Source: Rhizodiscina lignyota (Eukaryota). Taken from it: a stretch of DNA of 64,000 nt. The first letter of the stretch is position 1, and each line of letters starts with the position of its first letter. Below are positions 11,631 to 23,397 of the stretch, piece by piece. The position numbers and the translations under genes were made by a program. The stretch lies in NCBI GenBank assembly GCA_010015805.1, contig ML978124.1:558001-622000 (forward strand), in the 5' to 3' direction. Under the pieces are notes generated by a model, which had not been told where the DNA came from, searched no databases, and worked only from the letters and a program-made list of their open reading frames with translations.

Positions 11631-13833
11631 ATTTCATACCAGATCTGCCGTCTCGGCTCAATGGCATTTAGTATTGCCAACGTGATCTCTAGTAATGAAG
11701 TGTATACCCGCATGGTGCTCGGGACTCGGGAGTTGGGAAGGACATCGGAATATTTTTGTTGGGTAATTGTTGGTCTATGTAATGTCTCTGAGAAGATTCT
11801 CTGGGTTTCGGAATCAAAAGGTTCGTAGCTTTTGGTAGATGAATTCGATATATAGAGATCTGAGGTTGCGTCCGACTCAAAGTACCTTCAAGACAGAGGA
11901 ACACTCAGTTCAGAGATGCAATCGATCAAACGACTCCACAATGTGATTATGTGAAGGAGCCACTTTCCCGCGAGCGAACGGCCCGCAGAGCCACTCTATA
12001 AGATTCGCCTTCAGCACTTCTAAGAAGCTCCCGCATATTAGTGAGTTTACATTTGAGGTTATCATAGAGTAGCTTATAAGGTCTGCCTTAAAAGATTTGT
12101 TTCTTGTTATCGCTGAAAAGAGAAGCTGGTAGAGGTCTCATACGCCTATGAAAAACTAGCTCTTTCGTACGGCTAGGCTTTGGCTGCAGTAGCCGGCTGC
12201 AGGGGATAGCTTCTTCTCAAATCGACAGTCATGCAGGATGAACTTGCCGGAAATGGTAGAGTCGTTCAAGCAATTGCACAGAGATGATTTCATTTCATTG
12301 CCGTTCCAGGTGCTCGGAGAATGTGGATCTGCAACATAGCTGTAGGTATCATGGAGCCCCGACAACCAGGACCAGTCTAGATCTCCTCGAGACGCACGCT
12401 GCGATGCAGAACAGGGCAGCAAAGGGGAGGATAGGTTAGAAGTTTCCGCTTGGCCGAAGTAGTCGCGAGTAATGTACGAATGATGAGAATGGCCAGATCT
12501 TGAAAATAACAACCCCGCAAGAGTCAGCGAAGCTCTCACTGGCTTGAGCTTATGATTCGGCCTGGGACCCATCCTCAGACTGGGGATGGGAAGCACACAG
12601 CCAGGTGCATGTGTGGTAGAGTGCAAGCTTCATTAGTGGCCCATAGACGCGGAACGGGTTTGACAGTAAGGCGACTAATGAATCATAGCTGAATAAACAA
12701 TATTGCGGCTTGGCAGGAGAAGTGAACTTCAGCAGAGATATTTAAATGAACATCAAAAAATGATTTCGTTTTCATTGCATAAATCTAAAGAACGGAACGG
12801 AGAGACGTGGCCGTTGCAATATGCAGAGAAGAAAATTGTGCAAGCTCAACACACTGCTTGGAAGATGGATCTCTCGCTCGCAGTACACTGCCTCGAGTGT
12901 CAGCAAAGGCTTGTCACCTGCGATTTGTAGAACTCTATTGTGTGACAGCCTTGTCGCCAAAGGTTTTCCTTGCACCGTTCTCGGAGCAGGGGATGGAGGG
13001 CTGAATACCTAGGCATCGAGCACACACAGGATCGTATGCTTCGGCAGATAGTTTTGCTGGATGTCCGACTGCGATGATGGCATCGACGCTACTAACAAGG
13101 GTTTCCGCTACAATCCGGGGCTCCACGATCCAAGATATTGGCACCAGACTGTTGGAGAGAGGTGCTGTGCCTCACGGCTGAAAACGCCAAAGCTCTCGGA
13201 ACTTACCGTTCGGGACGCTATATCCAGCTCTACCAGGCAAGGAAGGCGAGCTTTCACTCTCGTTAATGATTCAGTGAAGGATTCATCAGCAGTTATGTAC
13301 GTGAATTTATACGAGTGAAAGCGAGCCAGTTGAGCACAAATTCCGCGCTTGAGCGACTCATTTAACCCCCTATCCGACGGAAAAGAAGCATTGTTTGAAT
13401 CGCTGGCGGCGGGACGACGCCCTCAGCCGCAGCCACCGGCTTGCTCCTTGCATCAAGTCGCGCGGCCGTCACAGCATGGGTGCGTTGTCTCGGGGCTCCC
13501 GGCCAAATTTAAGGTGTTCGCTTGAGTCGTGTTCTGGGCCCATGGGGTGCCGCCGTCGTGTGTGGGGAATCGAGGATAACGTTCTCCAGCTGTGCTGAAC
13601 AACACCACAGATGGCGGCGCAAGAAATATATAGAAAAGCAGGCTTGGTTGCGCACGCGCCTACTAAGAGTCTGTTGCAGAGGTCATGAATCAGTGGTGAA
13701 TATTATTGTCTCCTTAATAGTTGTCTCCTCCTCCTGTACCATCTCTTCGTCTCTTTTGGTCTCGTGTGGTTGAGCCCTTTTACCTTCTCCTTGATCACGG
13801 GTTCTCACCGCCAACTTCGTTCCCCCAACAAAC

Positions 13834-15756
13834 ATGTCGGCCAACGAAAAGGAAGCGCATCCGGTGGAAACCCACGAGCACCAGATGGATCACGAGGTGG
13901 TGCACGTCGTCAAGACGGTGCATGCCGATGGCGTAACAGATCTCGTGGATGCCAAAGCAGTCGGTGGCGATGTGAAGGACATGCCAAAAGGTTATTACTA
14001 CAGCCCGCAGTTTATTGGCACGGTTTTAGCACAATGTGTTGCTAGTATATGTGCATATCTTGGTTGGGTATTGCCTGCCAACACGCTGTAAGCATCTAGC
14101 AGAGATTAAACGCTATCGACGCGCGCTAATCCATCAAACAGCTCCCTCATCAACGAGGATATTGGTCCATCAGCGAATCTTAATTGGGTAGCAACAGCGT
14201 GGACTCTCGGCAGCGCCGTTGGCTTTCTCCTCGTTGGACGTATTTCAGACATCTTCGGCCGCAAATGGATGGTCATGGGCACTCAGGTGCTCTGCCTCAT
14301 CGGCATGATCATGGGGGCAACCGCGAAGAGCATCAACGTCCTCATTGGTGCCGAACTCCTTAACGGTCTCTCTGCAGCCGCGCAGCTGAGTTTCGGCATT
14401 GTTCTTGGCGAGATCGTACCGAACTCCGCAAGAGGACCAATTGTCACGATTGTCTTTTTGAGCAGTCTTCCATTTGCCGTCTTCGGGCCCGTGATCGCGA
14501 GATCATTCATCTTACAGACCGCTGCTGGTTGGCGCTGGAGCTTCTATCTAGGCATCATCTTCGACATTATTGCACTCGCGCTATATGCTTTCTTTTACCA
14601 CCCGCCTCGATACTCCCAATTGCACGTCCACGGCAAGACGGTCTGGGAACAATTCAAGGCGCTTGACTTTGGTGGAATTTTCTTGTTCTGCGCCGGTATG
14701 GCGCTTTTTCTTATCGGTCTATCTTGGGGAGGTACGGCGTACCCATGGGCCTCCGCTCATGTGGTCTCAACAATTGTCATTGGTGGCATGACACTTGTGG
14801 CCTTCGTCCTCTATGGTAAGCTCACCTTTCACGAGAAGGGCGAAAGATCTAATATTAACTTCTTCTCAGAGGCCTATGTTGTGAAAGGCCAGGCGCTCAT
14901 GCCACCTCGCCTTTTCAAGAATATCGGTTTCGACGCCATCGTTATTATCGCAGCAGTCGGCGCGATGATATACTACAGCATGACGGTGCTGTGGCCCACC
15001 ATCATCAGCACTCTCTACACGAGCGACATCATGGAGATTGGCTGGCAGTCATCCGTCGTCGGTGGCGGCGTTCTGCTCGGCCAGTGCATGAGCGGCTTCG
15101 CCATCTCATACGTTCCAAAAGTCAAGATTCAGACAATCATAGCAGGAGTGCTAGCTGCTGTCTTCGTGGGCGCGCTCGCTTCTATTGATGTAACACGCCA
15201 CGCAGCAACGATCGCCTTGGGAGTTCTCGGATGCGTGGCTATCGGTTACGTCGACAACATCTCCTTCCCCGGCGTTACGCTTGTGTGGGAACCGCAGGAC
15301 ATCGGTCTTGCAACCGGCGTCATGGGCTCGATCCGCGCTGTTGGCGGCGCAGTGGCTCAAGCACTCTACGTCTCCATCCTCACAAATAAAGTCGCACATT
15401 ACATGCCCGAATACATCTCGCCAGCTGCCGTCTCTGCTGGACTACCCGAATCGTCGCTTCCTGCGCTATTCACAGCTATTGCAGCCGGTACAGGCAATTT
15501 CAGCAGCGTGCCAGGCTTCAATGCCGCTGTTGGTGCGGCGGTGGGCGAGCAGCTGAAGCATGCCTACAGAGACAGCTTCAGAATTGTGTTTTATACCACC
15601 ATTCCATTCAGCGTGCTGCTCATCATTGGTGCGTGCTTTGTGCCGAACATGGAGAAATATCTTAGCGGCAATGTGGCGAAGAGGTTACAGAAGATGGGAA
15701 GCAAGGATGGAGAAGCAAAGGGTGCCCAATCGCTGAAGGAAATTGAGATGGTGTAA
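13834..15756 (+). CDS. MFS transporter, TRI12/fungal drug:H+ antiporter-like; exons 13834-14087, 14142-14815, 14870-15756
   Basis: Many hydrophobic segments, MFS motif GRISDIFGRKW, AGWRWSFY, FYHPP, GLSWGGTAYPWASAHV and QDIGLATG...R. Introns 14088-14141 and 14816-14869 have canonical ends. Confidence 0.9.
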
Positions 15757-16247
15757 TTATATGTATCGGCTTTTCAGTTTGCGATCACTCAATCTATATG
15801 ATATTTATGAGACACATCCCAGTATCAGAGTATCATGCTGACTCTAAATTCTGCGCCTCTGCCAGACTGGTGGACTCTCTCCTTCCTGGACTTCTGTATA
15901 CGGTATTTGTGTATATGATCAGCCTGAAGGTCTACCCTCTACTCATATTATTCTCTACAGGTGGTAACATATGATTCTCGTGCGTGAGAGAGTGAGGGTA
16001 ATTAGATAGCGCCTTCGCTTTCCGAATTTTCGAGGCGCTCTGTCAGGAGGTGCTCGTAGCGTCACTAGTGCGAGGACGTGCACTCGTATACATTCCTTCC
16101 CTTGAGATTCTAGATGATCTCACAGCAGGTCTGTGGCTTAAAGAGCTCACCTCTATCTGCACCACTCTTCAACGACCGTATGTCTATGCACGTCGACATG
16201 ATGTTCAAGAGACAGATCAAGAAGATTATTCAAATGACGTCGTACAT

Positions 16248-17352
16248 TCAAAAGAGTGCCATGCAGTTTGGTGGCGATGCTACTGCCCTGGGGTGGTTCA
16301 GAGGACTAGAAGTCACGAAAAAGGTCCATCTGTTCAGCTTCCTGCACAGCTCCGCTAACCGCTCCAGATCAAACATCTCACCAATCGGCACACCCCATCC
16401 AGCCAGCAAGATATGGTGCATGGTCCAATCGTTGTCGCGGTTCGGTCGAACTTCGAAACTGACCCCGTCGCCTGCCACCGCCACGATATGGTTATCCCAC
16501 ATGAAGCGTGTCACCGCCTCGCTCTGGATGAGTCCGCTGTGCGCATGCTTCTCCACTTTCGTGTTTGTCCGGTACTGCTCCTTCTCCTTCATCGAGAGAG
16601 AGTCCCACGTCTTAGTAAAGCCGCAGCGTAAGAAGAAGATGTCACCGGGCTTGAATTCAATCTTGCACTGCTTCGCAATTTCCAGAACCTCCTCGAGCGT
16701 AATTGCGGTGCCGTCCATACCATTGACCTCGAGGCCCTTTTGCTCGGCGTAAGAGACGTAGTCGATTAGGAACCCCCGAGCTGCAATTCCATCCTGCGCC
16801 CAGTGTCCGACGCCAATCCGGTCGTTCTTAAGATCCGTGATTTCGTCCCCAGTGGTGCCTCCGTACCATTTTTGCTTGCCATCTGATTGTTTTGCGCTAA
16901 AATGGCGGAAACCATCCCATTGAGAGCTGGCCTGGGGATTGAAGCGCCAGATATCGTCCCATGCGATTCCTTCAAAGTTTGGAATTGACACTATCTCATG
17001 TTCACCTGAAATGATGGGCGAAATGGTCAGCGTGCACTTCAAAGGCCCAGAAGGATTATACCCATCAGCCTGGCATACATTGGAATCGATTGAACCCTGC
17101 ATTGATCGTTAGAGTGAGGGCACATATCGTTCAAGGACAGGACTGCACACCCGGTGTCTCCAGCTTGGTCATGTCCCAGTTCAAGCAAACTCGCTCGCCA
17201 GTCTGCACTTCTGACTTGACTACTTCTGCCACATGAGCTGGAGTCAGATACCTGAGCATTCCAAGACCTTCATCTCTGCTGCCTGGCTTCGCTGGCCAGA
17301 ACTGTCTCTTGTTCTTTAGCTCGTCGAACTTTGGCAGGTCAGCAAAGGACAT
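16248..17352 (-). CDS. Putative cyclase / kynurenine formamidase-like metallohydrolase; exons 17352-17151, 17096-17079, 17005-16248
   Basis: Motifs FNPQASSQWDGFRHF, GIAARGFLIDY, GDIFFLRCGF, AVAGD and GWGVPIGEMFDLERL...FFVTSSPLN...ASPPN. Two introns flank an 18-nt exon, giving ETPGFNRFQCEHEIV in frame. Confidence 0.88.
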
Positions 17353-17910
17353 GGCTGCAATTACTCTAAGGTTGTCAGCCTATTGGTAGCTAGTTTAGAT
17401 AATTGCTGGTTGTATATCGTATTGTGTTCGACCAATCTTAAGGGGCTTAGACCGCGCTCTTTGAAGAAAGAGAGGTACCGAGTCCCACAAGATATGCTGT
17501 ACGTCAGAATTCTTAGATAGTTGCCCAGCAGCATCTAAGAGATCCGAGGAGAATATGTCATGAGCAATGAGGGGATACATGCAAAAGTCCGCGGATACTG
17601 GCTGGATATTGACTTAACCGCGGTAATGACATAGCTAGTTGCCCGAGCATTCAGGATGCCACTCCTTTCCCATTACCTCATGGACTGACGGATACTAGCT
17701 ATTCTGGTCCTCTCGCATGCTATTTACGCGGCCGGTGCAGTTCAAGAATCGCAATCAACCTGCAAGAGTAGCACGAGCTCTGGTGGACCCTGATCGATGA
17801 TATGAGATAGCCGACATTGTTTCCGCCATATTTATACCATCAGTGCATTGATCGTTGAGCAAGACCCGTCTGGTGCGACATTTAGAATCGATCGTTTCGA
17901 CAATTCAAGG
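17353..17910. promoter_or_regulatory. Divergent promoter shared by the cyclase and DUF1446 genes, with CCGCGG-core sites
   Basis: Head-to-head genes ~560 bp apart; TCCGCGGA at 17588-17595 and TAACCGCGG at 17615-17623. CGG triplets are typical Zn2Cys6 half-sites, but binding is inferred. Confidence 0.55.
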
Positions 17911-19917
17911 ATGAGTTCGATTCAGCAAAATGGTCACCATGACGAACGGGGCACCCGCCCTGTCCGTATTGCAAACTGCTCTGGAGGACAAATGGAGCCG
18001 GGGTGGCAGATGCGAAAACAAGCCAGTTTGGGCAACGTCGACTTTATCACTGGTGATTGGCTTGCGGAGAACAATATCGCGCAGGAAGCAGCGGCCATGG
18101 AGGCTGGGACTGGAGAAGGCTTCAAAAAGAATGCCTGGGAGGCTCTCCAATTGAGCATGGAGGTGATCAATCAGAAACGCATCAAAGTGGTCATCAATGG
18201 CGGAGGACTCAGTCCGCAGAATCTTGCAAAGCGGTGTCAGGAGCTCATCGACAAGAACAACTACAACCTGACTGTCGCGTTTGTGTCTGGCGACAACATG
18301 GTGGGTCAAGTCCGATCCTCGCTGAAGGAGCGTGGGAGCCTGCCAAAATCCTTCCAAGACATCAACAACAACGCCCACAAGGACACGAATTTCAAACCCG
18401 AGGACGTGCTTGCGTGTACTGCGTACATCGGCGCTCGAGGCATCGTGAAGGGCCTCGAAGCGGGCGCGGATCTGATCCTTTGCGGCCGCGTCGCCGATGC
18501 ATCTCCCGTTATCGGGGCTTGTATGTGGTGGTGGGGCTGGTCAGACACCGATTACAACCGGTTGGCGGGTGCCTTCTTGACAGGCCATCTCCTCGAGTGT
18601 TCCGGATACATCACCGGATCCAACTACTCCGGCTTCCATCGCTTCCCTCTCGAACGTTTTGTCGATGTCGGATTTCCCATTGGCGAGATCGAACGGGATG
18701 GATCATGCATCATCACCAAGCACGAAGGTACAAACGGCATGGTGACAGAAGATACAGTGAAGTGCCAGTTTCTCTATGAAATCCAAGGAAACGTATATTT
18801 GAACAGCGATGTCACGGCCCTGCTCGACAATGTCCAAGTGCGCCAGGTGTCGAAGGACCGCGTGCATTTTTCTGGCATGGCTGGACGGCCTCCTCCACCA
18901 ACTACAAAATTAGCAATATTCTATAAAGGTGGTTGGGAATCTCAGAACTTGAGCAATGCTGCTGGCTATGCGACACGGAAGAAATATCTATTGTATGAGA
19001 TGCAGGTGCGAGCTCGTCTCGCAGAACAAGGTTTAAACGAGGCATTTGATTGCTTAGAATTCCAAGTGTGAGTGATATGCAAATCGACGGATGGGATCTT
19101 CAGGGACTGACATTGAACTTGCACAACAGTGTTGGCACGCCAAAGGAAAATCCGACCTACCAATTGGAGAGCACAACCTACTTTCGCATCTACGCGCAGG
19201 CCGCCACTCCAGAGCCCTTAGCTGCGCTGAAGCTCCTGTTAGCTGATGAGACCATGCAGCATTTCTCAGGTACAGTCTGATCACTTTCTCAAAATCCAAG
19301 AGGAACAGCAGACTGATAAGAGTACCTTAGGCCTCCATTGGTCGCAAGATCTTCGAACGGCGGATCCTAAATCGTTCTACGTCTACTACCCAGCCCTCGT
19401 CTCTCAGGACGAAATCAAAGAAGCAGTCCATCTCCTCGGTCCGGGTGGCAAAACAGTAAAATCCATTGAATGTACTCGGCCTCCCGCATACGAAAAAATG
19501 GGAGAGCGTGAATCCTATGATCCAGTCGATGCGGCGCCTCTGGACTCATTTGGACCTACTGTCCGCATGCCGCTAGGAAACATCGTTCTCGGAAGATCTG
19601 GCGACAAGGGTTCCAATATCAACTGTGGCTTGTTCGTACATCGTCCCGAGATTTGGGAGTGGTTCAGGAGCTTTATGACTCTGGACAGGATGAAGAGTCT
19701 CATTGGTGGAGACTGGAAGGACGAGTACCGTCTGGAGCGCGTAGAGTTCCCGAACATCTATGCGGTTCATTTCGTGATATATGGGATTCTCGGGCGGGGG
19801 GTGAGTAGTTCGACCTTATTGGATAACAGGGGCAAAGGTTTCACGGATTATGTGCGTGTCAAGCATGTTGATGTCCCGGAGAAGTTCCTCCAGTGGTCTT
19901 GGAAAGAGGACGAATAG
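17911..19917 (+). CDS. DUF1446 / AtuA (acyclic terpene utilisation) family protein; exons 17911-19067, 19130-19269, 19331-19917
   Basis: Motifs RPVRIANCSG, VDFITGDWLAE, AYIGARGIVKGLEAGADLILCGRVADAS, GHLLECS and C-terminal GRSGDKGSNINCG...AVHFVIYGILGRGVSSS. Introns 19068-19129 and 19270-19330 are canonical and phase-compatible. Confidence 0.92.
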
Positions 19918-20040
19918 ATAACGAATTGACGATGTTTGGTACTCCAATATGAAATCTGGGTGTACTTACAAGTGTTCGTCGCTAGAGTTCTTCGACCGAG
20001 TCGTTCATTGAATGAACAACTATGCTACACTTTACCTCGT

Positions 20041-20247
20041 AAAACTGCGCACGGGTCGTGTCGGTAAAGTAGTATGGTATGCATCATTCCAACGTTGCGG
20101 GTGTTCCCACTTAGTTCCCGCGGTTATTCAATCGGCGAAGTTTAGATGCACCCCGCAAAACCCCGCACAGGTTGCATCGGTAAAGTAGTATAGTACGCAC
20201 CATTCCAACATTGCAGGTGTTCCCGCGGTTATTGAACCGCGAAGTTT
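20041..20247 (+). repeat. Imperfect direct duplication (20041-20143 and 20157-20247) in the transcription-factor promoter
   Basis: Both copies contain TCGGTAAAGTAGTATRGTAYGCAYCATTCCAACRTTGCRGGTGTTCCC...GCGGTTATT...GCGAAGTTT; differences are mostly transitions. Confidence 0.92.
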
Positions 20248-20276
20248 CCACTTTGAGTTCCGTGGGAGACACACCA

Positions 20277-22733
20277 ATGGACAGCAACACCAGAAAGCGA
20301 AAGCACTCTTCGACAGACAACACTGAGGGAAGAACAGAGAAGCGTACGACTAAGCACCGCTCATCGCAAGCATGCCAGGCTTGTCGGGTGCGCAAGGTCC
20401 GCTGCGACGTACTTAAGAATGACGGCTCTTCTTGTACTAACTGCCGCCTGGATGATGTTGAATGTGTTGTTTTGGCCTCGAAAAGAGGAAAGAAATATCA
20501 ACGAGCCACCCTCGACGACATCATCGTCCAGTCTCGTCCGCCCACAAGCGACGACAACAGCAATAATAAAAATGATCCAGCGAGCACCGAGGCGATATTG
20601 ACACCAATAGTGTCTGCAGTCGCTGGGGATGTTCCGGTCTGCGTAACTTTTGATGAGGACCATCAAGAAAACAATAACACCCAACAGCAGGCTGCGAGCC
20701 ACCAAGAGTACACCAAAGACAGTAGTATGATAGCTCAAGGGGAGAAGCAGCAGCAGGCAAATGTGGTACCTCCTCCACTGGCCTCTCCTTCTCCTCATCA
20801 TCAAAGCCCGGCTGCCGGAAGTGCAACACCTTTGCCCGCCTTCATAGCTCCACTGCCAGCCCATATGCCGAGTGAAGATCTGGACTTTCTGCGACGAAAA
20901 GGAGCATTCGCGATGCCTGAGCCCGCTCTGCGCGCGGAGATTCTGCGGTGCTACATTTTCAGCGTGCACCCATTCACGCCGATTCTAGATCTCCCAGTCT
21001 TCGTTCAGGCCGCGGTGAATGGGCAAGAGGACAGTCGCATCAGCCTCTTGCTGTTCCAAGCCGTCATGTTCGCTGGGATAGCCTCGCTTGACCGGCACTT
21101 TGTCCAGCTCTTGGGCTTCGATCGGACCAAGCCAGCCCGCGAGGTCTTCTTCGATCGGGTCAGGCTTCTCTACGAGTTTGACGTAGAGCAAGACCAGACA
21201 GCCGTCCTGCAATCGTTGTTGTTGATGAGTTGGTGGTATGGTAGGTGGAATAAGCGCAGGCATACGTGGCATTGGACTGGCCTGGCGCTCTCAGTCGCTC
21301 TGAATATGGGACTCCATCGTGAGCCGATGGCAAGATGTGGCTCGGACAAGACTCGACACTTCCGCCGAAGGCTCTGGTGGAGCTTGTACATTCGTGATCG
21401 GCTCCTCGCACTTGGCACCCGCCGACCAATGCGCATTCGTGATGATAGCTTCGACGTGACGATGCTCGCCTTGGAGGACTTCGACATTCAGACTCTAGGT
21501 GAGTTTGGTAGTGGACAGCCCCCCACACCGGACGTGGAAGAAAGTACTCGGACCGCACTTATGTGCATCGAGCTCGCTAAGCTGAGCATCTGTATCGGGC
21601 ACGTACTGACATCCCACTACACCACCCTGAGCGCGCAGCCTGACGTTCCGCACACGATGATGGTTGTACCCAAGGGCGAGAAGGATCGGACAGTCGGCGA
21701 GCTTGGAAAATGCGAGAGGGAAATTGATGAATGGTTCCAAGTACTAGCCCACAATGTCCGCAGAACACAAAATGGGCCATCACGCAGCAGCGGCTGCTCC
21801 GAAGTTCACTGGGGGATTCTCAATATGGTATATCTGACGCTGGTGAACGTTCTCCATCGTGTGCAAGCACTGGAACCGCTGTCGGATGGTGCAGAAGCGC
21901 AAGCCGTGCAAAAAGCATCCCGAGCGAAAGTCAAGGAGGCGGCACGCAATGTAACGGAACTTGCGCACACCATGCTTCGGCACGATCAAGCCCGTTACCT
22001 GGGACTCCCGGGAGTGACAGCTCTCGTGGCAGCATGCTTGTCTCACACGCTAGACATCCGGTCAAGCGACGAAGATGTGCGTGATGCCAGTGTATTCCGC
22101 TTTTCCCGGAGCATGCAAGTCTTACAGTCGCTCAGCGAGATCTATGCTTCGGCTGACTCGGCCGTGTTATTCCTGGCGTGGGTGATTCGCAAAGCTGGGA
22201 TTTCCATGCCCGTGCAAATGGCCTTCTCGCCTGCTCTGGATTCCATGTCCCGGACTGATCAACGTCTTGTTCAGCCCATAACGACGGCGAGTGAGAAGGA
22301 ACACACAGGTGGCTGGAAAGCCGCCGCTCTGCCTCATCAAGGCAGAAGATGCACCATTTCTGCTGCACATGGGCCCATTGCGGCTGATAGGGGAGATTGG
22401 CCAGAGAGCCTTCTGGACGATCCAGACCGAGAGGTTGCGCCGGGTAGGAGCAGTAGCATGATGCATCACTCCATTCCTCCTGCTACAGGGTCCCTTGCTT
22501 TTACTTACTCACCCTCATCCTTTCTTGATAAAAGCACTCCCGCCCGAAAAGACGACATGCCCTTCTTACACTTCGGTTTTATTCCCAGTCGGGAGCTCCC
22601 ATCTATCTCAGGAATGGGTAGCGCGCCTTTCTTTGAGTGGAACAATAGCCTCGATTCTGCGGGCTTGGATTTCGAGCCTATCGCTTTCAATTACGATTTC
22701 GGTCTCAATACTTTCGGTTTCCTGGGCAGCTGA
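20277..22733 (+). CDS. Zn(II)2Cys6 transcription factor with fungal-specific TF domain (CTF1-beta/FarB-like)
   Basis: ACQACRVRKVRCDV...CTNCRLDDVEC binuclear cluster; middle region VHPFTPILD...ISLLLFQAVMFAG...LLYEFDVE...RRLWWSLYIRDRLLALGTRRP. First ATG at 20277. Confidence 0.93.
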   Translation: MDSNTRKRKHSSTDNTEGRTEKRTTKHRSSQACQACRVRKVRCDVLKNDGSSCTNCRLDDVECVVLASKRGKKYQRATLDDIIVQSRPPTSDDNSNNKNDPASTEAILTPIVSAVAGDVPVCVTFDEDHQENNNTQQQAASHQEYTKDSSMIAQGEKQQQANVVPPPLASPSPHHQSPAAGSATPLPAFIAPLPAHMPSEDLDFLRRKGAFAMPEPALRAEILRCYIFSVHPFTPILDLPVFVQAAVNGQEDSRISLLLFQAVMFAGIASLDRHFVQLLGFDRTKPAREVFFDRVRLLYEFDVEQDQTAVLQSLLLMSWWYGRWNKRRHTWHWTGLALSVALNMGLHREPMARCGSDKTRHFRRRLWWSLYIRDRLLALGTRRPMRIRDDSFDVTMLALEDFDIQTLGEFGSGQPPTPDVEESTRTALMCIELAKLSICIGHVLTSHYTTLSAQPDVPHTMMVVPKGEKDRTVGELGKCEREIDEWFQVLAHNVRRTQNGPSRSSGCSEVHWGILNMVYLTLVNVLHRVQALEPLSDGAEAQAVQKASRAKVKEAARNVTELAHTMLRHDQARYLGLPGVTALVAACLSHTLDIRSSDEDVRDASVFRFSRSMQVLQSLSEIYASADSAVLFLAWVIRKAGISMPVQMAFSPALDSMSRTDQRLVQPITTASEKEHTGGWKAAALPHQGRRCTISAAHGPIAADRGDWPESLLDDPDREVAPGRSSSMMHHSIPPATGSLAFTYSPSSFLDKSTPARKDDMPFLHFGFIPSRELPSISGMGSAPFFEWNNSLDSAGLDFEPIAFNYDFGLNTFGFLGS

Positions 22734-23397
22734 GATTCACCTCGTCGCAGTTGTCGGAGATTGATCCTTAGATTCAAAGTCAACCTAGAGTCAGTCGAAT
22801 TTGGAGCTACATCGAAGCTAATGTTCGCTCTTCGCAGAGAGATTTCGTGCCGGATAGCGAAATGAGGCACGAAGTAGTGAAATGCACGTTGTGAGGAAAT
22901 CGACTGGTGGAGCTACGAGGTTTAGAATAGAAAGCGAGGTGCAGGATCATAAGGGCATTCCGGAACATGCCATATCACGTGCTTTTATCACGTGACTTGA
23001 CTGTGAACTATGAATCTCTTGCTGGATATCCCAGAAGCCTAGATTTATTGGATCAGACGAGTTGATTAGTCTCTTCGGCGGCTTCAGTCTCTGCACAGTT
23101 GCGAGATTAGAGGTGAAAGTTGCTTTTATGGAGCCATCGTAGGATCTTTGGAATCTAGTGTACCGGGAGAAATCTACAGATGCCCTGAACTGATCAATGT
23201 ATGGATTGAGAAGGCGATGAGTTCACCTCTACCTAGGCCAAGGAGCCTTGTCGAGGAGAGTACGTATATTTTGCGCTACATGCTAGATACATGAACGCGC
23301 CGATGAAGTCGTATATGTAACTTCAGCATTAAAAACGAAGGGTATCGACAGAAGCAAAAGCAGGAAATTCAAACTTTCCAATCTTGTGTGAAATTCA

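Noticed and set aside
11700..13700. Short ORFs between the monooxygenase and MFS genes, checked as a possible flavin reductase
   Set aside because: No reductase or other motifs and no convincing splice structure.
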